A stretch of 63,894 nucleotides of DNA, filler included, from Octopus bimaculoides (lineage: Eukaryota): the NCBI RefSeq assembly GCF_001194135.2. It is 6 parts of 3 records of this genome, joined end to end, with 100 filler letters (N's around TTAATTAATTAA, not from the genome) between each part and the next. Parts side by side here need not be neighbours in the genome. Positions count along the whole stretch, not along the records: positions 33,123 to 48,205 come from NC_068981.1; positions 48,306 to 59,754 come from NC_068981.1; 4 more parts are not named here. One strand, 5' to 3'. The position numbers were made by a program, and so were the translations under genes. Shown in pieces: positions 37,586 through 49,409 of the stretch (the stretch's first letter is position 1; the number at the start of each line of letters is the position of its first letter). Below the pieces are notes generated by a model, which worked only from the letters and a program-made list of their open reading frames with translations, did not search any database and had not been told where the DNA came from.

Positions 37586-38085
37586 TGGTTGTGATGCATG
37601 TGCCTGGTGTACCCTTATCAGACGGGTAGTCATGATGAGTATAACGGGCTTCGTATATTTTACCTCAGTGTCACTTTGATGGCATGCACTAGATAATAAT
37701 AATAATAATAATAATAACTGTGTTCCTGACGGGGTGCACAAGCGCATGTGTGTATATGAAAATGGTGTGTGTGAGTGTGTATGTGTAAATGGGGGTGAGT
37801 GCATAAGTATGTATGTGTGGGCGAGATGAAAATTATGTAGGCTTTTGTGTGTGCATGTGTATATGTAACCTAGTTCGTACATTATGTGAAGTGATAGGTG
37901 TTTCATGTGCTGGTATGTATATGTGTGTGCGTATTGACGTGTTAACGTACGTGTGAGCCTCTGTGTGTGTACGTATGTGTGGGGTTATCATGTGTGCGCG
38001 AAAATTCGTGGACCTGTGTGTATATGTGTATAAGTAACTTAGTGCATGCGTTGTGTGGAGTGATGTGCGTTTTGTGTATACGTGT

Positions 38086-38343
38086 TATTTCTTTACTACC
38101 CACAAGGGGCTACACACAGAGGGGACAAACAAGGACAGACAAACACGGATTAAGTCGATTATATTGACCCCAGTGCGTAACTGGTACTTATTTAATCGAC
38201 CCCGAAAGGATGAAAGGCAAAGTCGACCTCGGCGGAATTTGAACTCAGAACGTAGCGGCAGACGAAATACGGCTAAGCATTTCGCCCGGTGTGCTAACGT
38301 TTCTGTCAGCTCGCCGCCTTTATCTGCCAGCTCGCCGCCTTTC
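38086..38343 (-). mobile_element. Near-consensus full-length SINE family 1
   Basis: 12-bp TSD GTGTATACGTGT (38074-38085 / 38344-38355). The head ggcggcgagctg is locally duplicated. About 15 related copies occur in the window (e.g. 10820, 13820, 16330, 20280, 27070, 27836, 28005, 36470, 48640). Confidence 0.92.
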
Positions 38344-38473
38344 GTGTATACGTGTGAGCGCGTATGGGCGTGTACATATGTGTGAGGCTATCATGTGTGT
38401 GAGTGTGTGTGTGTGTATGTGTGTATGTGTGTGTATGTGTATGTGTGTGTGTGTATGTGTGTATGTGTGTATA

Positions 38474-39598
38474 CAGGGTGCGGTGACTTAATAGTCGTCT
38501 AAATTACGCAGAAATGAAAATGAAACTGATATCTCATTTTAACATATATTTACCAAAATTACACAAAAATATCTTGAAATACTAAAGAGTGAATTTATTC
38601 AATAAAATCGCCATTGGCTTCAACCACGGCCTTCGGACGACTTCGGAGTTTCATACTGCTCTTCTCGACGGTCTCCTTGTTTAAGTTGGTGAATGTTGCC
38701 ATAATCCTTGCCTTCAGTTCATCTTTGGTGTTACAAAGAGTTTTGTTGGTCTCTCGCTCAGCTGCACCCCACACATAATATTCAAGGGGGTTGCAATCTG
38801 GGGAGTTAAGTGGCCAAATGTTAGGGGTGATGTGGTCGCAGAAATTGTCTCCTGCTTGTGTGGCATGGTGCAGAGTCCTGTTGCTAGACATAAGGTCCTC
38901 CAGCAGCCACGCTCTTGACCCAGAGCAACACTACCTCCTCCAGACACTTGATGTAGGCCATTGTGTTGATTCTGAGGCTGTGTGGGAAGGTGGATGGAGG
39001 TATAATGTTGCCATCACTAGTGATCCCTCCAAACACCATGATGTTTATTGGATGTTTGATTTTTATCACTCTCGGTACATGTTTTGGTGACACGGCAAGC
39101 CAACGGTTGTTCTCTGTGTTCACCATCTGATCCTGGAAGAAATTTTTCTCGTCTGAGAAAAACCAAAGCATGTTCGGTTGGAGTGGATGCTTGAGTTTGT
39201 TCAAAAGTTTCGTAGCGCGGTCTTTCCTCTTGTTCTTGATGGCTTGGGATAAAAATTGGCCGTTTCTCATCTTGTATGAGGAATACCGAATGTCTTTATG
39301 CACTACCTGCATGATAAGAAACTCAGAAACTCTCATGTCCCTGGCGATGGATCTGATTAATTTAGAGGGATCATTGTCAATCACTGCCTGGATCAAACCA
39401 ACAAATTCAGTTCTTTTCTTATCAGAACGATCAGAGTGAGTTTTCCGAGCTGCCGTACTTGCATCATGGTACTGTTTTTCTTACAGACGGTACCCAACTG
39501 ACTCTACTATATTGTGTAGTCTACAAAACCCAAAACAAACAATGCGCCTGCGCGAAATTGAAAATATAAAATGGTGACAACTTACCCATCGCACCCTG
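38474..39598 (-). mobile_element. maT-family (DD37D-type) Tc1/mariner transposon, near full length, transposase disrupted
   Basis: TA|CAGGGTGCG...CGCACCCTG|TA ends. Motifs WFFSDEKNF, PYV*QQDSAPCH and WPLNSPDCNPLEYYVW. It has a stop, a small deletion and E in place of the third catalytic D. Confidence 0.93.
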
Positions 39599-39896
39599 TA
39601 TATATGCGACAGGCTTTTTATAGTTTCCGTAAAACCAAATCCACCCATGTGACTTTGGTTAGCCCGAAACTATATTAGAATACATTTGTTGACAAATGTG
39701 TTACGCAGTGGGACTGAACCTGAAACCATGTGGTTGGGAATTAAACTTTTAACCATTCAACTACGCCTGCTATATATAGAATGCTCTCCTAAGTTTTTAC
39801 ATAGTTATTATTTAACATTGTAAACCAACTGACGTTGCCAAACAACAGTGGAATAATTTACAATGGACAAATAAATGTCTTCACCTTGTTTGTTGT

Positions 39897-39943
39897 TACC
39901 ACAACGTTTCGGTTGATGTACTCTCCTGCCTTTATCAGGTGTT
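39897..39943 (-). ncRNA. Degenerate minimal hammerhead ribozyme motif (Penelope-type)
   Basis: AACAC-CUGAUAA-A-GG...CC-GAAA-C-GUU-GUGGU, with palindromic stem III ACGU. G8 is mutated and stem II is imperfect. Confidence 0.5.
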
Positions 39944-40099
39944 CTGGTGTAATTTCGAACCCAACCATTTATTTGACTAATGGGGTACTCTGTTCTTATT
40001 CCTAAGGTATTCTTTTTTGTTGATGTTATAATTTTTTAAATTTTTGATATTAGCCGAAACGTTATGGTAACACAGACAAGGTGAGGACAACTAATGTAC

Positions 40100-40830
40100 A
40101 TAATTCCTCATCTAAAAAATATAGATTAGTATTAACAGTGGAATTATTATGTTTTTCCGAAGGCCCGGCGTTTCAATATGACTAAGCATTCATCTACGAA
40201 ATGATTGTCATACAGTATGCTAATATTAGATACCAGTTGTAGTGCGTAGATGTAACGCTTGTTCAGTTGAAGAGGTAATGTCTCCAGTTGTAACGAGAAT
40301 AGGTAATAGTGCGATGACTGTTGAAGTGAAGAGGTGATGGTTCTCACGTCGGAGATACCAAGCGAAGAAGAACACCGAAGAGAAAAGGTATTTACAAATT
40401 TATTTGCTGGCACGGTGAGTAAGATAAGTAGTAATTGTAAATAGTTGATAATGACAATGTGTTGGCGTGTTTGTCGCTCGTAGGTTGTTGGTAGTTGGTA
40501 GCGTGGAAGTTGTGTTCTATTGACATAGAGGAAGAAAAGATGAGGATTGCACTTTTCTGGCAGAGGGGAAGGAAGGGTGGAGGTGACAATGTCCCTTTTT
40601 GATTCCTGTCGAAAGTTGCTCTTCATATGGCGACTGAAGGACGATGTCAGGAAAAAGAAATGCTTTGTTATGTAGTCTATGGCCAAGAAAGTACGGCAAA
40701 TTCTAAACAAAGGACTGACCACCCTTCCGTGACCAACAAAAGGTCCAAGGTCAAGTGTCTCCCATTAATCATCCGGTGTGGAAATGTAACGACAAAGGAT
40801 CACACACTTGTTTGACAAGCAACAAGCGAG
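40100..40830 (-). mobile_element. Old APE-type LINE fragment
   Basis: Minus VVTFPHRMINGRHLTLDLLLVT resembles the endonuclease segment of the 4590-7330 element. The remainder is decayed. Confidence 0.4.
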
Positions 40831-40872
40831 CGAATTCGGTTTAGAATCTCAGACTGAGCCAAGTGAGGTCCC

Positions 40873-40980
<108 letters not shown>

Positions 40981-41059
40981 ATGAAATTAAGAACGATCAG
41001 GAGAACGGAAGTTTACACATCCATATTTTATTATACAGTTATTGCAGCATTCTTCCCTT

Positions 41060-41146
41060 GGACCTACGCGCGTTTCGGATGCATCCGCTGCACCCTGTTA
41101 TGTGTGCATCTTGGTTTTAATTGTTGATGCAGCTTCTTCAGGGCCC
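41060..41146 (-). ncRNA. Type I hammerhead-like motif with an intact core
   Basis: GGGCC-CUGAAGA-A-G[extended stem II with UGCAUC/GAUGCA]C-GAAA-CGCGCG-UA-GGUCC. Stem I is 5 bp and stem III is the palindrome ACGCGCGU. Confidence 0.6.
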
Positions 41147-42876
41147 CTTGTTTGCTGCCGTTCAAAGATCATCTGAAGAAAACTATGAAAATGACCAAAT
41201 AGGAATCGTTTAGGAATCTTTTGGTGTTACTACCTGAAGATTACCTCCGCCAGTTAGGTATTTATTACTGGGTTTGGTTCTGAAATAGGTCAAAGTTACT
41301 GTGGGTTCCCTAGTATTATAGACCAACTTACCATTCTGCTAATTTAGAAGAGCATTCTTATTTTTTGATTAGAAGAGCATTCTTATTTTTTGATCACATT
41401 TCTAGCTTATTATTTATTTTCATAATTATTAATCTATAGGTTTATAATTGTTTTGTTTTATTATACTAAATTGAATATCTTGCTTATAGTTAATTTAATT
41501 AAACGTAATCTTACTCTTCAACTCTTAAAATGTTTTTAAAATTTATTTTTATTTTTAGAGGTGTTCACTTAATTCAAGTTCATTATCTGTTTTTTAATTT
41601 ACTTAATTTTTATTCTAATTCTAGTAGTTTGTGCAATGCGTTTACTTAAACTTCTTAAAGGTATATTTAGACGTATGGTCACATCTTATACCGCGTTTTT
41701 GCCTTTGGTTTATCAGATTAAATTGTGAGGTAAAAATTTGATATATTTCTTCAACACTAAATTCACAGCATTTGCTTCCTCTATAATACGGTTTAGTTCT
41801 ACTAGTTATTTCGCAGCTAATTGTGTATGTTCTATTATTATGTTTTAGAGATCAAATTAATTTACTTCAACTCGTATTCTTCCTATTTTTATCCCTAAAC
41901 GATAGTTCGTGATTCGCTATTCTACGTTTCATAAAACTAGAACTAGCACCTATGTAGAAATACAGCTCTTCTTCTGAAATTACTTTGCACCGGAAAACCA
42001 CATTTTAATTTTGCAATTTAATTTTTAACGGGCATAATTTTCGTTTCGCACAGTCGCAATTATTACCTCTACCTATTCCTCTATTATCCTCTATTTTTAC
42101 TTGATTATTTATATTCTCTGGTTTATCTTTTCTAATGTTCTATGTTATTTACAATATATATATATATATATATATATANNNNNNNNNNNNNNNNNNNNNN
42201 NNNNNNNNNNNNNNNNNNNNNNNNNNNNNNNNNNNNNNNNNNNNNNNNNNNNNNNNNNNNNNNNNNNNNNNNNNNNNNNNNNNNNNNNNNNNNNNNNNNN
42301 NNNNNNNNNNNNNNNNNNNNNNNNNNNNNNNNNNNNNNNNNNNNNNNNNNNNNNNNNNNNNNNNNNNNNNNNNNNNNNNNNNNNNNNNNNNNNNNNNNNN
42401 NNNNNNNNNNNNNNNNNNNNNNNNNNNNNNNNNNNNNNNNNNNNNNNNNNNNNNNNNNNNNNNNNNNNNNNNNNNNNNNNNNNNATATATATATATATAT
42501 ACATATGATGAAATAAAATCGAATGACACTCAAAGATGAAGGCTTAGTTAAGATTAATATATATGAAATGAATTAATAGCCATTTCTAGTACATATGTAT
42601 TATTCCGAAACACGGTTATGTGTTTGTACTTGCGGCATTCGTAATCGCTAGAGATAGAGATGCTTCTTGAAGTACCAAAATCGCCATGATCACAATATCA
42701 ATAACAGATATTTGGACACTACTGCTTAAGTACATCTTTTGATCTTGTTTCATGTGACTTGTATCACTTCGTTGTCCTCTATCCTCTTTTCTTTTAACTT
42801 GATCACTAACAATATATATCTATATGTCCACTCATACACACATTCACGCACACGCGCGCACACACAAATATACATA

Positions 42877-42929
<53 letters not shown>

Positions 42930-42935
42930 CGTAGT

Positions 42936-43270
42936 GAAAGCGCATGGCTCAGTGGTTAGAGCATCGAGCTTACGATCGTGAGGTTGTGAGTTCGATTCCC
43001 TGACCGGACTGCGTGTTGTCTTCTTGAACAAGACGCTATATTTCACGTTCTTCCAGTTCACTCAGCTGTAGAAATGAGTTGCGACGTCACTGGTGCCAAG
43101 CTGTATCAGGTTTGCCTTTGCCTTGGATAACATTGGTGGCATGGAGAGGAGAGGCTGGTATGTACGGGTGACTGCTGGACTTCCATAAACAACCGTGCCT
43201 AGACTTGTACCTCGGAGGGTAACTTCCTACGTGCAATCCCATGGTCATTCATGACCGAAGGGGTCACCCT
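42936..43270 (+). mobile_element. tRNA-derived SINE (family 5)
   Basis: A box TGGCTCAGTGG and B box GAGTTCGATTCCC, then a gtgttgtcttcttgaacaagac...ccagttcactcagctg body. Related pieces at about 44680-45040 and 62640-62880. Confidence 0.8.
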
Positions 43271-43413
43271 CATATGCTAGAATATAAGGATTGATTTTTA
43301 TCAGGTAGTGAGCACACAATAAAAATTTATAGGTAATTTATACATTAAATTAAAAATTATATATATATATATAAGCAATGTTATATATATATATATGTAT
43401 TTAACTAGACTAA

Positions 43414-43786
43414 GGGAATAAAGGCGAAAAAAAAACGACCTGTCTCCAACATGCTTGAAAAATACCAGGCATTCACATACTACCGAAAATCTCTAAAAAT
43501 ATACACGGGTTTTAAGCGGTGAACGTACGAATCTGTTTTCCACAGGTATGTATAATTATTTGTATTTATATTTCTCGTGTATTGTGTTGACGAAGGAAAA
43601 AAGCCTGTTTTTATGGCGTTAATCTAAAAATTGGACCCAATTCACAATTAATGTGAAGTCTTTTTAATGTTTTTTCACCCGCCCGCTTACAATCCGTGTA
43701 TATTTTTGGAGTTTTTCGGTAGTATCTGAATATCTTGGCATTTTCAAGCATGTTGGAGACAGGTCGTTCTTTTCGCCCTTGCTCCT
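43414..43786. mobile_element. MITE with about 110-bp TIRs, Kolobok-like
   Basis: The arm ...ggcgaaaa(n)acgacctgtctccaacatgcttgaaaa... and its complement are present. Termini are purine-purine, and the flanks are CTAA / TTAA. Confidence 0.75.
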
Positions 43787-44614
43787 TTAATATAATTATA
43801 TACATATATGCATACATACATGCATACATACACNNNNNNNNNNNNNNNNNNNNNNNNNNNNNNNNNNNNNNNNNNNNNNNNNNNNNNNNNNNNNNNNNNN
43901 NNNNNNNNNNNNNNNNNNNNNNNNNNNNNNNNNNNNNNNNNNNNNNNNNNNNNNNNNNNNNNNNNNNNNNNNNNNNNNNNNNNNNNNNNNNNNNNNNNNN
44001 NNNNNNNNNNNNNNNNNNNNNNNNNNNNNNNNNNNNNNNNNNNNNNNNNNNNNNNNNNNNNNNNNNNNNNNNNNNNNNNNNNNNNNNNNNNNNNNNNNNN
44101 NNNNNNNNNNNNNNNNNNNNNNNNNNNNNNNNNNNNNNNNNNNNNNNNNNNNNNNNNNNNNNNNNNNNNNNNNNNNNNNNNNNNNNNNNNNNNNNNNNNN
44201 NNNNNNNNNNNNNNNNNNNNNNNNNNNNNNNNNNNNNNNNNNNNNNNNNNNNNNNNNNNNNNNNNNNNNNNNNNNNNNNNNNNNNNNNNNNNNNNNNNNN
44301 NNNNNNNNNNNNNNNNNNNNNNNNNNNNNNNNNNNNNNNNNNNNNNNNNNNNNNNNNNNNNNNNNNNNNNNNNNNNNNNNNNNNNNNNNNNNNNNNNNNN
44401 NNNNNNNNNTTAATAATAATAAAGGAGTTACGACGCAAAAACGTATAAATTCAAAAGAACATATTTATCTTCTTCAATATATATTTCAGTATAAAGAATT
44501 CATTAAGATGCTTAAATCAAAATTTCTTTACACATCATTCAGGAACAGATATAACATCAGAAAAAATACACTCCGTTTAAAAACACAAACCGTTCATGGC
44601 GAAAAAATTTCACA

Positions 44615-44649
<35 letters not shown>

Positions 44650-45265
44650 TGCGTGTGTGTATGTGTATGCACAAGAAGGTGCGTGACTTTGTGGTTAGGG
44701 TGCTGCACTCAAGATCCCAAGATCATTTTTTTTCGATCCCAAACAGTATCATTATTATCACCATTATCATCATCATCATCATCATCATCATCAGTATTAT
44801 TGTAATCATTATTATTAATATTATAACCAGAATTTATTATTATTATTATTATCCGAGCAAAATACTTCATTTGACGTTGCTCAAGTCCACTCAGATGTCA
44901 ATGGATAACCCTGTGATAGACTGGCGGTCCGTTCAAAGAGCATGTTGGTTTGCTTGCCTAGCCAGCAGTGTAACATGATTCGAATCTATAACAATGCGAA
45001 AAGCATTGTGACCAGCGGTGTACAACAATATCTGATAGCCTAGTCGATATGATAATTTGTATATATATATATTGATAGGAAGGACAACAAAAGAAAGAGA
45101 CCTCGATATTATGTAAATAGAGGAATTTATCTGTAAAAATAAGTGGCACTTATTCGGTAGCCATGGTAAAACTCCGAATTTCGGATGTGGGGTGGGAGCC
45201 TACGCCAACATCTCATCAGCTATCAGGCCATTGAAAATTCAATGGCCGGATAACTGTAAAAATAT

Positions 45266-45484
45266 CTCAATGCTGTGTTGACTGAGATCCCCATTGACAG
45301 ACTCCTGGTATTTAAGATAAAGTGTTAACACTTACAGTATGCAAATTAGTAGCTCCTGTTTTCTGTACCCACCGTAATTGCTGAGTGTAGAAAGAGATTG
45401 GCTGCTTGTTCCTCTGAGATTGTTCAAATTGTGAATCGAGTTAGATTCGTAAATTAATTTAGGCTGTTTCACCATCTTCTCAGT
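45266..45484 (-). pseudogene. Pseudo-exon copy 1 of a tandem exon duplication
   Basis: Acceptor ctgtttctccgtAG. Peptide ...DSQFEQSQRNKQPISFYTQQLRWVQKTGATNLHTVSVNT/KYQESVNGDLSQHSIE. It has stops, a 2-nt deletion and the donor mutated to AT. Confidence 0.6.
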
Positions 45485-45554
45485 CTACGGAGAAACAGAT
45501 AGATTTTCCCTTGTTTATATAGGTACTATATGGTTTACATATATTCTATCATAC

Positions 45555-45754
45555 CTCGATACTTAATGCACCGAGACCGCCGTTCACAGATTCCTGATAT
45601 TTGAAAATAAATGTGTCAAGACTTACGTTATGCAAATTAGTAACTCCAATTCTTTGTAGATACCGTAATTGTTTAGTATATGAACAGATTGGCCGCTTCG
45701 CCTACTGTTAATGGTCAAATTGAGAATCGGATAAGATTTCAAAATTGATAAAGT
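45555..45754 (-). pseudogene. Pseudo-exon copy 2 (200 nt, phase 1->0)
   Basis: Acceptor tgtttctttgtatacAG, donor GTATGA. Peptide FINFEILSDSQFDH*Q*AKRPICSYTKQLRYLQRIGVTNLHNVSLDTFIFKYQESVNGGLGALSIE. Confidence 0.6.
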
Positions 45755-46199
45755 CTGTATACAAAGAAACAATTAGCCCTGTTTATATAGGTTACTATAC
45801 AAGTTACTTATTTATATTTATGTATGCATATAATTCTTATACCTATAAATATTGAAATATCACAGACCAAATGCCAGTTTCCGCTAGTGAGCAGGACAAT
45901 CAGCGGTAGCCTAGCGAGAATGACGATTAGAAAACATACTTATTCAAAATGTAAACTATTCGCAAAGCAGATTCTATTACACAAAGAAATCAGTTAGCAA
46001 AACGGAAATCTTTATTTTTAAAGATACACAGTCTTGAAGAATTTTTGGTGGGTGATCTAAATGTTTAAAGTCAGGATTGCTGCTTATGTACATTTTCAAT
46101 ATTTATCTATAGAGATCTCAGGATCTGAAGGAGTTGGGCTCCCGTTAGGGGCCTGCAAAACTTGAAGTAGCACGGAACCAAATCAAACTGTTTTAAAAT

Positions 46200-46226
46200 A
46201 ATACATACACATACATACATGTATGT

Positions 46227-46279
<53 letters not shown>

Positions 46280-46465
46280 CATACATATATGTATATGTAT
46301 TATATACATATACATATATATATATGTATATATATGTATGTATATACATACATATGTATATATGCATACATATATGAAGATGTATGTGTATGCATACACA
46401 CATATATATATAGATATGCATACATATATTTATATGCATATATATATATATATCTATACATATAT

Positions 46466-46540
<75 letters not shown>
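46200..46540. repeat. Mirror-like (TG)n-(TA-rich)-(CA)n microsatellite complex
   Basis: Directly visible. Confidence 0.9.
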
Positions 46541-47151
46541 AGCAATGTTAATTCTCTAAATGAAGTATTAACAGTAACTGCACGATAAAGTGAAGTGTAT
46601 TGCCACTTAAGTGTGGCTGACCCCTAGGGGTGGATGTTACTGTTGCTTTAGCCCCAGGAGGACATCTCCTCCAGCTGGCTTATCGACACACTACTGTGTC
46701 CTGTTTGTTTTGCCAAGGGAAGTTATCCCTCTCATCGTGATCGTAGCACGAACGGACCCGGGTTTCAGGGTTATTTCCCTTCGTCAGCGTCCGATAGCTA
46801 CCGACCTTCGATGAGAGATATAAATTCTTGGCAACCTTATGTATATTTTTCCAGTGAAATTCTTCACTGATATCGAAATATATACACACACACACATATA
46901 TATAATACACATGCATATGTATGTATGTAGGTATGTATGTGTGTATGTGCACGTATATATGTGTGTCTTGATGTGTATTTATATATATTCATATAAATAT
47001 ACATACACATACATAAATACATATGCACATACATATATTTGTATGAGTGAGTGTGTGTACATACACGTCCATTCAACAGTTAGTTTTTAATCTGATTTAT
47101 ATAGATATTCTTGTTTCACAATCATAAAAAGGATAGTAAAAAATGTAATAA

Positions 47152-47242
47152 CAACTACTACTACTACTACTACTACTACTAGTACTACTACTACTAGTAC
47201 TACTACTACTAGTACTACTACTACTAGTACTACTACTACTAG

Positions 47243-47293
<51 letters not shown>

Positions 47294-47294
47294 A

Positions 47295-47355
<61 letters not shown>

Positions 47356-47450
47356 TCTGGTTATAATATTAATAATAATGATTACAATAATACTGATGAT
47401 GATGATGATGATGATGATAATGGTGATAATAATGATACTAATACTAATAC
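47152..47450. repeat. Compound trinucleotide array (ACT)n-(AAT)n-(GAT)n
   Basis: Directly visible. A 15-nt higher-order unit ACTACTACTACTAGT is repeated at about 47170-47250. Confidence 0.95.
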
Positions 47451-47697
47451 TAATTGATAATGCTGTTTTAAAGAATAAGGATACTCTAAACTCTCAAGCG
47501 AGTGATGTTTTCTTGTCATTTTTGGTCAAGAATAAAAAAATAAAAAAAAAGATTTCATACCTTAATTTGTTTTTTCTTTCATAAACAGGAAATAAAAACA
47601 TTTATGTCTCTGACAAAATTTGTTTTTGTTACCGTTGTTATTGATTTTAATCCCAGCAGCACCACCACTACCACCACCACCGTCGCCATTGCCAATG

Positions 47698-47758
<61 letters not shown>

Positions 47759-47804
47759 TGATGATGATAATAATGATAATGATAATAATGATAATGATAA
47801 TAAT

Positions 47805-48205
47805 GAGCTAAATGACATGATATATGCGGCAGCCACTGCAGCCACAAAAGAAGCAGGATACTCACTCAAACCCATCCGAACAGGAGTTCTACCACCCAAA
47901 CAGACCTTGTGGATAAATAACATCCAGAACAAAATTAAAAAAAAGAGAAAAGATTTATCGATTCTCAACGAAATTAGTAAACAATCAACACTACTAAGTA
48001 ACAAGAAGAAAACAAAAATACTGTACAAATACAGCATTACAGAAAAAGACTTACCTGAGGCAAAAGAAAAACTAAAGCAAGACATCCTTGCCAAAGCACA
48101 GAGGATCCGCCGGTATGAGAAACGCCAACGTTTCTTTGAACAAAACAAACAGTTCAAATCCAACCCCAAAAAACTCTACCAAGAACTGGGTAAAAATAAA
48201 ATAGA
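47805..48205 (+). mobile_element. R4/Dong-like LINE fragment (region N-terminal to RT), running into a gap
   Basis: ELNDMIYAAATAAT...PPKQTLWINNIQNKIKKKRKDLSIL...LKQDILAKAQRIRRYEKRQRFFEQNKQFKSNPKKLYQEL, an open frame starting directly after (AAT/GAT)n. Confidence 0.85.
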
Positions 48206-48305
48206 NNNNNNNNNNNNNNNNNNNNNNNNNNNNNNNNNNNNNNNNNNNNTTAATTAATTAANNNNNNNNNNNNNNNNNNNNNNNNNNNNNNNNNNNNNNN
48301 NNNNN

Positions 48306-48342
<37 letters not shown>

Positions 48343-49304
48343 CATATACTGTTACTAGATATGCACGGACTTCACAAGTTACATCACAAACCATTGTTTA
48401 ATCGAGGCATTTGTGGTTGATAAGATGATGCCTTTGAATCAGTACTAGGCTGGCGGTATCTATATTTTATGCACGTCACTGGAATAAAATGCAAAGTTGA
48501 CCTCGAATGAATTTGAACACCAAACGGTATAGAGTTGGGTGAAATACAATAACATATATTGCCCTATGCAGTAACGATTTCGGCAGTCCAGCGCCCTCTA
48601 CAACTTATATTGGTTTTCAATTTTTCCTACAAGGCCAGTAATTTGGAAGGGTGTGTAAGTCGATAATATCGGCCCCAGTGTTCATCTGATGTTTATTTTA
48701 TCGACCTCAAGAGGATGCAAAACAAAGCTGGCCTCAGCGGGATTTGAGCTTAGAATATTATAGACCCGTTAGACATACATTAAATTGCTTTGCTCGGCGC
48801 TCTAACGATTTCAGGAGTTCAACGCCCACAATAACGTACATGAATCATAATTATGTTTACCACTTGCTGGCTGTATTCATGTTTGTCATGCATGTGGTAG
48901 TCTAAATCGCGCATCACAGATGAACGTAAATGTGTGATTTCAATCTCAGCTTTTACTGAGACTTTCGTTCATCATTTATCGATTAATACGTGTCAATGTT
49001 TGTCCACTGTAGGGGGAAGACTACCTGGGTGAATAAGAGTGAATGTGTGTATATGCAAGTATGTCATGGTCTGTAGTAGAATGAGTCAAGGGGATGGAAA
49101 AAAAGGCAGCACTCAATAATACAAGTGATGGAGTTTTGTTACAGTTTTTGAAAGTCGAATAATTTGATTAAGCGATATCCCTATCGTAACCCACCCCCTC
49201 AAAAACAGGGCAACGCTCTATGAAGTTCTTAAATTGTGATGTATGTATATATGCATGTCATGTATGTACAGGTGTGTTCTGTGTACATGTGTACATGTAT
49301 GTGC

Positions 49305-49348
<44 letters not shown>

Positions 49349-49365
49349 ATGTATCNNNNNNNNNN

Positions 49366-49409
<44 letters not shown>

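Noticed and set aside
40147-40722. 191-aa ORF as a gene
   Set aside because: It lies in a decayed LINE fragment and has no recognisable domain or splice context.
45330-45810. Duplicated snRNA-type promoter (octamer ATGCAAAT, PSE-like ACCGTAATTG, ATTGG and TTTATATA at conserved spacing)
   Set aside because: The same conservation is better explained by minus-strand coding exons with splice sites and synonymous changes. No snRNA-like body, Sm site or 3' box follows.
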